From a virus (Duplodnaviria; Heunggongvirae; Uroviricota; Caudoviricetes), in the IMG/VR virus record IMGVR_UViG_3300042339_000806: 48,709 nt of DNA. One strand, written 5' to 3'. A model generated the notes under the pieces. It had not been told where the DNA came from. It was given only the letters and a program-made list of their open reading frames with translations, and ran no database searches. Below are positions 23,839 to 33,382 of this stretch, piece by piece (positions within the stretch are counted from its first letter, which is position 1; each line of letters begins with the position of its first letter). The position numbers and the translations under genes are program-made.

Positions 23839-25962
23839 ATGGCAGAATCAATTATCTCTCCAGGAGTATTTACAAGAGAAAACGACCTTTCTTTTATACA
23901 ACCAGCACCGGTAGCGGTAGGAGCAGCATTTATTGGACCAACAGTTAAAGGGCCTGTAGAAATGCCTACAGTAGTAACTTCTTATAATGATTATGTAAGA
24001 AAGTTCGGAGTAACTTTCGCCTCAGGTTCAGACAAATTCGAATATTTAACTTCATTAGCCGTTAAGAATTACTTCTCTCAAGGAGGTAATACAGCCTTAA
24101 TCACTAGAGTCGTAGACCACATTGGCCCTGATTACTCAGAAGCACAAAGTACAAACATTGCTTCTAACAAAGTAACAGGAGTAAATAGAGCAACTGGATC
24201 AGGAACTTTAACAAATGACATTGCAGTCAATCAAGAGTTTAAAGTACAGTACGGAACAGCAGCTTATAGATTTATTCCAGCAGGTACCCCACTTCCAGCA
24301 GATAGTGGAACAGGTAATGTATACTTCTTCCAATCAGGTTCAACAATTGCAGCAACAGTAACTAGCTTAGCAGCAGAAATTAACAATGCAATCCCAGGAG
24401 TATTACAAGCAACAGGATCAGGAGCAAATTTACTTTTAAGCGGATCAGTAGCTGGTACTTTAAGAAATGGAATTACATTCTTTACAGGATCTATTACAGA
24501 CTCTACCGTATCATCAAGCTTATTCACAATAGCAGGAGGTACAGACGCAGCAGCTTCTTCTTTCCCATTCTCAATTAATACAATAGGTAAAGGAGCTATT
24601 TACAACAACTCTCCTCTAGCAACAGATGCAGGAGCTCAAAACTCTGACGGATCTTTAGTATCAGGTTCAGAAGATAACTTAAGATGGGAAATCACAAATG
24701 TAAATAACTCTAGAGGTACTTTTACATTATCAATAAGAAGAGGAGACGATAGTACAAATACTAAAGTAATCTTAGAAACGTTTAACAACCTTTCATTAGA
24801 TCCAGCTTCAGATGATTATATCGAGAAAAGAATCGGTAGTCAATATACAACAATTGGTACAGACGGAAGTTCAACATTTTTAAGACTAGTAGGAGATTAT
24901 CCAAATAGATCAAACTTTATTAGAGTAAGTGCAGTAAATTTACCTACAATTAACTACCTAGGAAACGACGGAGTATCAGTTAATGCAGATGCAGCAGGAC
25001 TTTCTTACTCAGCATCTTTACCGCAAGCAGTTTCTGGAGCATTTCATAGTGCAGGAGGTACAATTATAGCAGGAGCTAACTTCTTTAAAAACATAGACGC
25101 TCAAACACAGGGATTAATAGCAGGAGATTATACAGATGCAATTGCATTATTAGAGAATAGAGATGATTATCAATTCAATGTAATAACAGCACCAGGAGTA
25201 ACTACAGCAGATCACTCAACAGTAACAGACGCACTTATCTCTTTAGCAGAAAATAGAGGAGATTGTATTGCAGTAGTAGACTTAGTAGGATATGAATCTA
25301 CACTTTCTCAAGTAACAGATGAAGCAGCAGTATTAAATAGTTCTTACGCAGCATCTTACTGGCCTTGGTTACAAACTAAATCAGCTACAGGTAAGAATGA
25401 ATGGATACCAGCTTCAGTTGTAATACCAGGAGTTTATACATTCACAGATGCAGCTTCAGCACCATGGTTTGCACCAGCAGGACTTGTAAGAGGAGGTATT
25501 CCAGGAGTAATTCAAGCACAAAGAAGATTAACAAAAGGAGAAAGAGATACTTTATACTCAGGAAAAGTAAATCCAATTGCTTCTTTCCCAGGAACAGGTA
25601 TATCAGTATTCGGACAAAAAACATTACAAACAAAAGCTTCAGCTTTAGATAGAGTAAACGTTAGACGTTTGTTAATAGAACTTAAGAAGTTCATTGGTGA
25701 CCAAGCTAAAAACTTAGTATTCGAACAAAATACTATTGCAACAAGAAATAAATTCTTAGCGACGGTTAATCCTTACTTAGAATCAGTAGTACAAAGACAA
25801 GGTCTTTATGCATACAGAGTAGTAATGGACGAATCTAACAACTCAGCAGATGTAGTTGATAGAAATCAATTAGTAGGACAAATCTACATTCAACCAGCTA
25901 AAACAATTGAATTCGTAGTATTAGACTTCACAATTGAACCAACAGGAGCAACGTTTGTATAA
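23839..25962 (+). CDS. Contractile tail sheath protein (T4 gp18-like)
   Basis: ISPGVFTRENDLS, AAFIGPTVKGP, YWPW, WFAPAGLVRG, VNPIASFPG, GQKTLQ, ALDRVNVRRLLI, IQPAKTIEFVVLDF. Confidence 0.95.
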   Translation: MAESIISPGVFTRENDLSFIQPAPVAVGAAFIGPTVKGPVEMPTVVTSYNDYVRKFGVTFASGSDKFEYLTSLAVKNYFSQGGNTALITRVVDHIGPDYSEAQSTNIASNKVTGVNRATGSGTLTNDIAVNQEFKVQYGTAAYRFIPAGTPLPADSGTGNVYFFQSGSTIAATVTSLAAEINNAIPGVLQATGSGANLLLSGSVAGTLRNGITFFTGSITDSTVSSSLFTIAGGTDAAASSFPFSINTIGKGAIYNNSPLATDAGAQNSDGSLVSGSEDNLRWEITNVNNSRGTFTLSIRRGDDSTNTKVILETFNNLSLDPASDDYIEKRIGSQYTTIGTDGSSTFLRLVGDYPNRSNFIRVSAVNLPTINYLGNDGVSVNADAAGLSYSASLPQAVSGAFHSAGGTIIAGANFFKNIDAQTQGLIAGDYTDAIALLENRDDYQFNVITAPGVTTADHSTVTDALISLAENRGDCIAVVDLVGYESTLSQVTDEAAVLNSSYAASYWPWLQTKSATGKNEWIPASVVIPGVYTFTDAASAPWFAPAGLVRGGIPGVIQAQRRLTKGERDTLYSGKVNPIASFPGTGISVFGQKTLQTKASALDRVNVRRLLIELKKFIGDQAKNLVFEQNTIATRNKFLATVNPYLESVVQRQGLYAYRVVMDESNNSADVVDRNQLVGQIYIQPAKTIEFVVLDFTIEPTGATFV

Positions 25963-25978
25963 TATTTAGAAACACAGA

Positions 25979-25986
25979 TATTTATA
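25979..25986 (+). promoter_or_regulatory. TATTTATA motif before tube gene
   Basis: Exact copy, 21 nt before ATG 26008. Confidence 0.55.
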
Positions 25987-26007
25987 ATTAAATAAGTAAA
26001 CAATAAA

Positions 26008-26496
26008 ATGGCAGTATTAGATCCAAACGAAATAATGTTCAGAGCCTTCGAACCAATGGTTCAGCACAGGTTCGTAATGTACATAGACAATATCCCAGCA
26101 TTCATGATTAAAAACGTGAAAGCTCCTAACTTTCAAGATTCTATGATCAAACTTGATCACATTAACTCTTACAGAAAAATAAGAGGAAAAAGAGAGTGGC
26201 AGGATATGGATATGACTTTATACTCACCAATCACACCTTCAGGGGCTCAAGCAGTAATGGAATGGGCTCGTTTAGGATATGAATCAGTAACAGGTAGAGC
26301 TGGATATTCAGATTTCTATAAGAAAGATTTAACTTTAAACATTCTAGGTCCTGTAGGAGATATCGTAGGGGAATGGATTATCAAAGGAGCTTTCTTAACA
26401 AAAGGAGATTTTGGACAATTTGACTGGACTTCTGCTGACGGAGTAGTAGAGATAGGAATTTCAATTGCAATGGATTATTGTGTATTAAATTACTAA
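26008..26496 (+). CDS. Tail tube protein (T4 gp19-like)
   Basis: 162 aa after the sheath; HRFVMYI, REWQDMDMTLY, AVMEW, YKKDLTL, EWIIKGAF. Confidence 0.9.
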   Translation: MAVLDPNEIMFRAFEPMVQHRFVMYIDNIPAFMIKNVKAPNFQDSMIKLDHINSYRKIRGKREWQDMDMTLYSPITPSGAQAVMEWARLGYESVTGRAGYSDFYKKDLTLNILGPVGDIVGEWIIKGAFLTKGDFGQFDWTSADGVVEIGISIAMDYCVLNY

Positions 26497-26518
26497 TAAC
26501 CACTCAAATAAAATTAAC

Positions 26519-26549
26519 AAGCCTGGCAGTAGCCGGGCTTTGTTGTTTT
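26519..26549 (+). terminator. Terminator after tube gene
   Basis: AAGCCTGGC-agta-GCCGGGCTT (9 bp, one U-G) then tgttgtttt. Confidence 0.75.
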
Positions 26550-26575
26550 AAAAAAGTTTTTTTCATATATTTATA
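26543..26575 (+). promoter_or_regulatory. Composite promoter: TTG-N20-TATATTTA overlapping TATTTATA
   Basis: TTG 26543-26545; TATATTTA 26566-26573; TATTTATA 26568-26575. Confidence 0.55.
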
Positions 26576-26605
26576 TATAGAAAAAGTTACTAACAAATAA
26601 AATTT

Positions 26606-27346
26606 ATGGAACAAAAGCAAAAATTTCCTACCGAAATGGTAGAATTACCATCAAGAGGGTTACTCTATCCTAAAGATTCTGCATTAGCAGAAGGTAAAAT
26701 CGAGATGAAATACATGACAGCTCGTGAGGAAGATATTCTAACAAATCAAAACTACATACAACAAGGAGTAGTTATTGATAAATTACTACAATCTCTTATT
26801 GTAACTCCAATCAACTACGGAGATCTTTTATTAGGAGATAAGAATGCAATTCTAGTTGCTTCTAGGGTATTAGGGTACGGTAAAGATTATGAATTTGAAT
26901 ACAAAGGACGAAAAGAAGTAGTTGATCTTGCAGAATTAAAAACTAAAGAAATTAATTACGATGCTCTTAAGGGAGGTAAAAATGAATTTGCATATATAAT
27001 GCCATCTTCAAGTACCAATGTTACTTTCAAATTACTTACTCACGCAGATGAGCAATTTATCGATCAAGAAGTAAAAGGATTAAAAAAATTAACAAAAGAT
27101 GCTTCTCCGGAATTATCTACAAGATTGAAAAGAATAATTACTTCTGTAGAAGGAGATTCAACACCTAAAGCAATTAGAGATTTTGTCGATAATTACTTAT
27201 TAGCAAGAGACTCTAGAGCATTTAGAGAACACATTAGACAGGTACAACCGGATGTTGACTTAAAATTCTTCCCAGAAGATGGACCTGAAGGAGGGGTAGA
27301 TATCCCAATTGGGGTTAGCTTTCTTTGGCCTGACGCCGGAATATAG
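26606..27346 (+). CDS. Tail assembly chaperone / baseplate hub assembly protein (T4 gp26-like)
   Basis: VELPSRGLLYP, MKYMTAREEDILT, LLLGDKNAIL, FKLLTH, LLARDSRAFREHI, ends SFLWP; lies between tube and tape measure. Confidence 0.75.
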   Translation: MEQKQKFPTEMVELPSRGLLYPKDSALAEGKIEMKYMTAREEDILTNQNYIQQGVVIDKLLQSLIVTPINYGDLLLGDKNAILVASRVLGYGKDYEFEYKGRKEVVDLAELKTKEINYDALKGGKNEFAYIMPSSSTNVTFKLLTHADEQFIDQEVKGLKKLTKDASPELSTRLKRIITSVEGDSTPKAIRDFVDNYLLARDSRAFREHIRQVQPDVDLKFFPEDGPEGGVDIPIGVSFLWPDAGI

Positions 27347-27575
27347 AGCCGGGTTATTTGCTCAACTACATGACATAGTTTTTAACGGACAAGGAGGGTA
27401 CTCTTTCGATACAGTATACGAGTTTCCGATATGGTTAAGAAAGTATATTCATAGAACTATGGTAGAACATTATCAAAAACAGAATAAGGAACAGCAGCAG
27501 CAATCCGGTAAGGCATCGGTATTGCAAAACGGACATATAAAAGCACCGGATTATAGTACAAAAGCTTCTAGATAA
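27309..27575 (+). CDS. Overlapping +1-frame ORF, probable frameshift extension of the chaperone (gp51-like / lambda gpT position)
   Basis: Frame open 27300-27575; no ATG until near its end; FFGLTPEYR...LHDIVFNGQGGYSFDTVYEFPIWLRKY looks like real protein; 5' end overlaps the previous gene. Confidence 0.65.
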   Translation: MGLAFFGLTPEYRAGLFAQLHDIVFNGQGGYSFDTVYEFPIWLRKYIHRTMVEHYQKQNKEQQQQSGKASVLQNGHIKAPDYSTKASR

Positions 27576-27585
27576 TAGAAGCTTT
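27561..27585 (+). other. Perfect 10-bp inverted repeat with the ORF stop codon in its loop
   Basis: AAAGCTTCTA-gataa-TAGAAGCTTT; no U-tract. Confidence 0.6.
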
Positions 27586-27588
27586 AGC

Positions 27589-27596
27589 TATTTATA
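27589..27596 (+). promoter_or_regulatory. TATTTATA motif before tape measure gene
   Basis: Exact copy, 16 nt before ATG 27613. Confidence 0.55.
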
Positions 27597-27612
27597 TTAA
27601 AATCTTTATTGA

Positions 27613-30600
27613 ATGTCAGATCAATACGAAAATAAAAATGCCGGGGAATTAAGAGACATTCTTAAGTCCATAACAGGGGAACTTTCTAAACAGAGAACTA
27701 TACAAGCTGAATCAGCAGCAGAGTATAGAAAAATGGATAGTATTGCAAGGAACCTTCAGGACACTTCTATGGGGATAAGTAATCTGACTTCTGAAGAGTT
27801 AGACAAACTTAGATCAAAAAACCAAAACCATATAAAGGAGTTACAGTACCAAGCTGAAAGACTAGCTAGACAAAAGATAGGTTTAGGGTTTGAAGGAAAA
27901 ATAACTGCAGAAACTATAGAAAGGTTAAAGTACCTAGATAAGTTATCAATACAGGAAGAGGCAATCTTACGAGCAGCAGCTGATCATTTTGAAATTGAAA
28001 AATCACTTACAGCAGAGGTAGAAGATCAGTATAAAAAAAGACTGGCATTTGAAAAGCAAGTAAGTAACTCATTAGGAGTTAGTGGAGCAATCATAGGTGG
28101 TATAGATGGGATAATGAGTAAACTGGGAATGAACTCAGGAATATTCAAAGACTCTATAGAAGAATCTAAGAAAGCAATGCAAGAGGCTGCAGAAGCAGCA
28201 GCAAGAAATGGAGAGCATATAAGTAAGACCGCTATCATGATGAAAGGCTTAGGTCCCTTAGCTTCCGGCTTTGGAAAAGCTCTTTTAGATCCATTAACAA
28301 TAATTACAGCAATATTAGACGGATTCTTCCGAGTAAATAAAGCATCTGTAGAAGTACAACAGTTAACAGGTCAATACGAAACATCTATTGCAGGAGTTAA
28401 TGATAGATTAGCAACATCAGCACAATTTTTACAAACCGCAGCAGAACTAACAAAACAGTTAGGAGTATCCGCAACTCTAGTATTTGCACCAGATCAAATA
28501 GCACAATTAGCAGAAGCTAAAAATTTATTAGGACTTTCAGCCGAACAAGCAGGTAGAATGGGAATCTTAATGAAGACTACCGGAAAGTCTGCAGATCAAG
28601 TAGGACAAGGAATTTACGATACAGTAAATGCGTATAATGGAGCAAATCGAGCAGGAATAGCGCACGGAGTAGTGTTACAGGATGTACTAGGTGCTTCAGA
28701 TAGTATAACAGCTTCTTTAGGAAATAGTGAGAAGAAGATAGGAGCTGCAGCAGTAGCGGCAAGAGGATTAGGATTAAGTCTAAGCGAAGTAGATGAAATT
28801 GCAGGAAGCTTTCTTAATTTTGAAGATTCTATATCTGCAGAATTAGAAGCACAATTACTTACCGGGAAAAACTTAAACCTATCTAAAGCAAGAGAACTTG
28901 CATTGAATAACGACCTAGAAGGAGTAGCTAATGAACTAAAGAAGAACGGAGCATCAGCAGCAGAGTACGCTGGTATGAACCGTCTTGAACAAGAAAGTTT
29001 AGCTAAAGCATTAGGAATGTCCAGAGATCAACTTGCTAAAAGCGTACTAACGCAAGAAGCAATGAAGAACATGACTGACGAGCAAATAGCAAAAGCAAGA
29101 GGAGTTACTTTAGAGCAGTCAAAAGCAATGGATGTTCAAGAAAAGATGCAAGTAGGTATGCAAAAATTAGCAGAAGCATTTGCCCCAGTCTTGGATGTAG
29201 TTGTTAATTTAGTAGATGCATTGATGTTTGTAATAACACCTGTAGCAAAGCTTATTGCAATGGTAGTAGGAAACCCTATAGGAAAAGCAATACTTCTAGC
29301 AGTAGTAGCAGCTAATTTCTTAGGAGTAGCAGTATCGGGAGTAGGGAAAGCTTTTGGATCAATGTACCAGTTAGGAGCAAAAGCTCTAACAGGTATAACA
29401 AGTTTATTTAAAAGTGGAGGATTAAAATCCGCTTTAGGAGGCCTTAAAGATAATTTAACAGGAGGATTTAAAGGAGGAGCTGGAGGCTTAAAAGATAAGA
29501 TAATGGGTCCAGCAGCTGATAAGACGAAAAGTCTTGCAGGAGATGCCGGAGGAGCAGACGCAAAGAAAGGTGGAGGAATAAAAGGATTTTTAAAAGGACT
29601 AGGAGATGGTTTAGCCAGTATGGGTAAACAAATGGGCGATATAATAAAAGGAGCAATAGCATTAGGAATTGCAGGAGTTGCAATAGCAGGAGGATTAGCA
29701 ATTGCTATGATGATTATTAAAGATGTTGATCCCGCTAAGATGTTAGCATTTACAGGATCAATAGCTATGTTAGGGCTTACTTTAGCCATTATGGGTAAGA
29801 TAGGAGGTAACGTTATACAAGGAGCCTTAGCTTTAGGAATAGTCGCTCTAGCTTTAATACCAGCAGCATATGCATTCAGTTTATTAAAAGATGTAGATAC
29901 AGATAAGATTATAGCATTCTCAATAGCAGTACCTTTATTAGCTCTTGCAGCAGCAGGTTTAGGATTCTTACTAACGCCAATTGCTATGGGAGCATTAGCA
30001 TTAGCAGCTTTAGGAGTTGGATTAATGGCAGTAGGAGCAGGGTTTATGGTGTTAACAGCTGGACAAGCAGGCTTTGGCCTATTCAACCAGTTACTAGATA
30101 CTATGGCAGACAAAGGAGTAGCAGCAGGACTAGGATTAGGAGCAACAGGAATAGGGATGGGGCTACTAGGAGCAGCAGGATTCCTTGCATTCCCAGGAAT
30201 GTTATTAGCAGCAGTCGCAATGAGTGCGATGATTATACCACTAACACTACTAAGCGCAGTCGCATCAGCCGGAGTACTTCCAATACTAGCAACAACCTTA
30301 ATGCAAATAGCAGCCGCAGCACCAGGATTATTAGGAGTTGGAATGGCTTTATTTAGTATAGCAGCAGGATTAGGAGCAGTAGCCCTAGCAGGAGTTCTGG
30401 CAATACCGGCAATCGGAGGAGCAGTAATGCTTGCAGCAGTATCACCAGCATTAGTATCTTTAGCAGAAGCTTTTGGAATGGGAGGAGATAGTGCAGGAGA
30501 AGCTAAAGGAAAATCAGAGGAAGGATCTATGGCAGTAGTAGAAGCTAAATTAACAGAACTTATAGCAGTAGTAAAAGCAGGAGGAAATGTATACTTAGAT

Positions 30601-30651
30601 TCTAACAAAGTCGGTAGAGCACAAGTACTCGGAAGTTATAAATCTTCATAA
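27613..30651 (+). CDS. Tape measure protein
   Basis: 1012 aa, helical Ala/Glu-rich N-half (NFEDSISAELEAQLLTGKNLNLSKARELAL) and hydrophobic Ala/Gly-rich C-half; follows the chaperone. Confidence 0.85.
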   Translation: MSDQYENKNAGELRDILKSITGELSKQRTIQAESAAEYRKMDSIARNLQDTSMGISNLTSEELDKLRSKNQNHIKELQYQAERLARQKIGLGFEGKITAETIERLKYLDKLSIQEEAILRAAADHFEIEKSLTAEVEDQYKKRLAFEKQVSNSLGVSGAIIGGIDGIMSKLGMNSGIFKDSIEESKKAMQEAAEAAARNGEHISKTAIMMKGLGPLASGFGKALLDPLTIITAILDGFFRVNKASVEVQQLTGQYETSIAGVNDRLATSAQFLQTAAELTKQLGVSATLVFAPDQIAQLAEAKNLLGLSAEQAGRMGILMKTTGKSADQVGQGIYDTVNAYNGANRAGIAHGVVLQDVLGASDSITASLGNSEKKIGAAAVAARGLGLSLSEVDEIAGSFLNFEDSISAELEAQLLTGKNLNLSKARELALNNDLEGVANELKKNGASAAEYAGMNRLEQESLAKALGMSRDQLAKSVLTQEAMKNMTDEQIAKARGVTLEQSKAMDVQEKMQVGMQKLAEAFAPVLDVVVNLVDALMFVITPVAKLIAMVVGNPIGKAILLAVVAANFLGVAVSGVGKAFGSMYQLGAKALTGITSLFKSGGLKSALGGLKDNLTGGFKGGAGGLKDKIMGPAADKTKSLAGDAGGADAKKGGGIKGFLKGLGDGLASMGKQMGDIIKGAIALGIAGVAIAGGLAIAMMIIKDVDPAKMLAFTGSIAMLGLTLAIMGKIGGNVIQGALALGIVALALIPAAYAFSLLKDVDTDKIIAFSIAVPLLALAAAGLGFLLTPIAMGALALAALGVGLMAVGAGFMVLTAGQAGFGLFNQLLDTMADKGVAAGLGLGATGIGMGLLGAAGFLAFPGMLLAAVAMSAMIIPLTLLSAVASAGVLPILATTLMQIAAAAPGLLGVGMALFSIAAGLGAVALAGVLAIPAIGGAVMLAAVSPALVSLAEAFGMGGDSAGEAKGKSEEGSMAVVEAKLTELIAVVKAGGNVYLDSNKVGRAQVLGSYKSS

Positions 30652-30657
30652 ATAAAC

Positions 30658-30665
30658 TATTTATA
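30658..30665 (+). promoter_or_regulatory. TATTTATA motif
   Basis: Exact copy, 19 nt before ATG 30685. Confidence 0.55.
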
Positions 30666-30684
30666 ATAAATTAAAACAATTAAT

Positions 30685-30909
30685 ATGGGACTATTAGACT
30701 TATTACCATCGTCAAACTTAGGATTACAGGGATCTACACCAGCAACAATTGCAAGTGCTAATCCAAATTCAACACTACACAATCAATCATCAATCAATAA
30801 CACACCAGCGATTGATCAATCTCCTTCTGCTTTAGACTTAGACGGACAAATACCAGTAGTGTCTCCATCAGGACAAGGACTTCCTTACATGAGTAACCTA
30901 CCAGGATAA
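30685..30909 (+). CDS. Hypothetical small virion protein
   Basis: 74 aa with upstream motif and A-rich leader. Confidence 0.7.
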   Translation: MGLLDLLPSSNLGLQGSTPATIASANPNSTLHNQSSINNTPAIDQSPSALDLDGQIPVVSPSGQGLPYMSNLPG

Positions 30910-30916
30910 AAATTAA

Positions 30917-33067
30917 ATGGCAAACGGACTATTAAATCTCCAGACAGACCTTAAAAGTCTCCGTTATGGAAGCGATAAACCCTACATTACTAAGGATATA
31001 AACAACCCTCCTTCTAGTAATCAAACGGGTATGCAAATAACTAAGCGTATAGATGACACTTCCCGTATTGCCCAAATGCTTATTGACCGTCCTGGATTAA
31101 AGTACCTAGGAAACGAAGCTTTACTTCAACAGGTAAATGTTGGAGATAAAATAAGAAAAGCAAAAGATAAAGGTAAGAGTACAGTAGGGGCTGTTTTACA
31201 GCAAGCTGGAAATACTTTAGTAAATACAGTTAAAATTGCAGGTTCAACTCTTGCACAAGTTCCAGTAAATGGAACAGGTACGCATTTCTTAAAAGGATTT
31301 AGAACAGATACATACTTAAGACCAGATCCAGAAGGAGTAAAACCATCAGGCTTTGCTCAATTTTTTGGAGCAGGAGGAGTAGAAGGAGCACCTTACGCAC
31401 TTAGTGGGAAAGAGGTTCCTATGTATATCAATTCAGATATATACGACCAAAAGACAGGAGAGTTAATTACAGGTAGTAAATTTGGATATGATGAAAAAAT
31501 AAACAAACCAATTCCTCAAGGTGAAAATAGAACATATTCACAAGGGGATGGAATTATTATACAAGATAACGAAGGTCAAGAAGGCTGGAAACCTTGGTCA
31601 TCACTTTCAGTAACATCAAGTCTAGTTTCTAGAGACGATACAAAACTATTAAAAGATAGTAAATACGATTCTGACGATACTAAAGACAGAGATAAGCAAT
31701 CAAGATATTTAGCAGAAGAAGGAAAACCAGTACCAGTAGGTCCTGTTCAGAAATTTGCAAATGGAAATCCACAGCAAAATCAAACAACAGCACAGACAGG
31801 TTCCTTAAACAGTCTACCAAACTCAGTAGACTACACAGACCTTATTGCTTCAAAAGATACAATACAGAGTATTGCAGCTTCGGCATTACAGTTAGGAAAT
31901 AAGTATAAAGATAGATCAACTTTCACAGGTGTAAACACTCAAGACAATGTAAATAGTGTAGCAGCAGGTACTCCAATAAAAGTAAGTAAACAAGCAGGTA
32001 TAAGAAATACAACTCTAGCATCAGGAAGTATGCCAGGGGGTAGTTTAATTAACTCAGGAGAATATGCCGCACCAATTGCTGAAACCACAGTACCTTCCTC
32101 AAGTAAGTATACAGACGGAGCAACTTATACCGGAACAAATACACAGAGTAATATTAACAGTGCAAATGAAGGCGGTTTTATTACAGTAACTGATAAAGTA
32201 AATACTGAACAGACTTATAAAGTAGAAGGAAGTATACCTCTATCAGGAAAAGAAGATAATAAAGTTGTTGATGAGAATAGTGTTAATAGAAATGTAAGTG
32301 ACTTTAGAACAGGTCCAACTTCTTTTGCATACGGCAGTCCTACTATCAATAAAGAAACAAGAGTTAATTTAGGTAACCAAGGTAAGAATATAGGAAAAGT
32401 TAGCTACAGTAATATAGATCCAGATAAAGTAGATCAATTAAATGCTTTACAGGAGAGTGAAACTAGAATAGATGGAACAAGCGCAGCAAGAGATTTAGCT
32501 AAATTCTACTTTGAAATAATAACACCAGACAATGTAGATGACGGTGATGGTACCTTTCTACACTTTAGAGCACATATTGACAGTATAGATGATAGTTACT
32601 CAGGAGACTGGGATTCACATCAATATGTAGGTAGAGCAGAAGAGTTCTTTACATACAAAGGATTTAAAAGAGATATATCAGTAGGGTTTAAAATATCAGC
32701 TCAATCTAGAGCAGAGATGAAACCTCTTTACAGAAAAATGGTATACCTAGCCTCAGCTACAGCACCAACTTATGGAGGTGGGTCAAAATTTATGAGGGGT
32801 ACGCTTGTTAAATTGTCAATTGGTTCGTATTTTAGTCAAATACCGGGGATAATAACCTCTGTTAAGTATACATGGAATCCAGACTATATGTGGGAAATAG
32901 CAATGCAAAACCCAGAAGGCGGAGTAGATGATGATCAGCAAGAGTTACCAATGACTTTAGACTGTAGCATTTCATTTAAACCAATTCACAATTTTGCTCC
33001 ACAAACAGGATTACATCATTACTTTACAAGTCCAGCACCATTAAACGGATCAAAACCGTTTTTTTAA
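30917..33067 (+). CDS. Baseplate/tube-initiator-like protein with long low-complexity middle
   Basis: C-terminal FRAHIDSIDDSYSGDW...YVGRAE.FFTYKGFKRDISVGF...GIITSVKYTW resembles gp48/gp54-type tube initiators. Confidence 0.6.
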   Translation: MANGLLNLQTDLKSLRYGSDKPYITKDINNPPSSNQTGMQITKRIDDTSRIAQMLIDRPGLKYLGNEALLQQVNVGDKIRKAKDKGKSTVGAVLQQAGNTLVNTVKIAGSTLAQVPVNGTGTHFLKGFRTDTYLRPDPEGVKPSGFAQFFGAGGVEGAPYALSGKEVPMYINSDIYDQKTGELITGSKFGYDEKINKPIPQGENRTYSQGDGIIIQDNEGQEGWKPWSSLSVTSSLVSRDDTKLLKDSKYDSDDTKDRDKQSRYLAEEGKPVPVGPVQKFANGNPQQNQTTAQTGSLNSLPNSVDYTDLIASKDTIQSIAASALQLGNKYKDRSTFTGVNTQDNVNSVAAGTPIKVSKQAGIRNTTLASGSMPGGSLINSGEYAAPIAETTVPSSSKYTDGATYTGTNTQSNINSANEGGFITVTDKVNTEQTYKVEGSIPLSGKEDNKVVDENSVNRNVSDFRTGPTSFAYGSPTINKETRVNLGNQGKNIGKVSYSNIDPDKVDQLNALQESETRIDGTSAARDLAKFYFEIITPDNVDDGDGTFLHFRAHIDSIDDSYSGDWDSHQYVGRAEEFFTYKGFKRDISVGFKISAQSRAEMKPLYRKMVYLASATAPTYGGGSKFMRGTLVKLSIGSYFSQIPGIITSVKYTWNPDYMWEIAMQNPEGGVDDDQQELPMTLDCSISFKPIHNFAPQTGLHHYFTSPAPLNGSKPFF

Positions 33068-33076
33068 AAAAAATAA

Positions 33077-33382
33077 ATGGCAGATAGATATAAAAATATA
33101 AAAGAGGTAATAACTTCAGATAACGTAAGGTATAGGTTAAATGCTATATACCCTGAAATACCTTTATCTCAAGATGACTATTATGTTATCTCCACAGGAG
33201 GTGACAGGTATGATACACTAGCTCAGCAATTTTACAAAGACCATACTCTATGGTGGATAATTGCATCTGCAAATAATTCAGAAAGAGCCTCTCTAATAGT
33301 AGAGCCAGGCGTACAGTTACGAATTCCCGCTAATAAAGAATATATATTACAATTATATAGTGAGGTAAATAAATCAAGGTAA
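33077..33382 (+). CDS. LysM-like baseplate wedge protein (gp53/tail-X-like)
   Basis: GDRYDTLAQQFYKDHTLWWIIASAN...PGVQLRIP. Confidence 0.8.
   Translation: MADRYKNIKEVITSDNVRYRLNAIYPEIPLSQDDYYVISTGGDRYDTLAQQFYKDHTLWWIIASANNSERASLIVEPGVQLRIPANKEYILQLYSEVNKSR

Noticed and set aside
29136-30608. 490-aa minus-strand ORF inside the tape measure gene (and nested 29468..29701)
   Set aside because: Shadow frame. In this register an antisense stop needs a sense Tyr, His or Gln codon after T/C, and these residues are scarce in the Ala/Gly/Leu-rich region. The product is low-complexity P/A/I/N with no expression signals.
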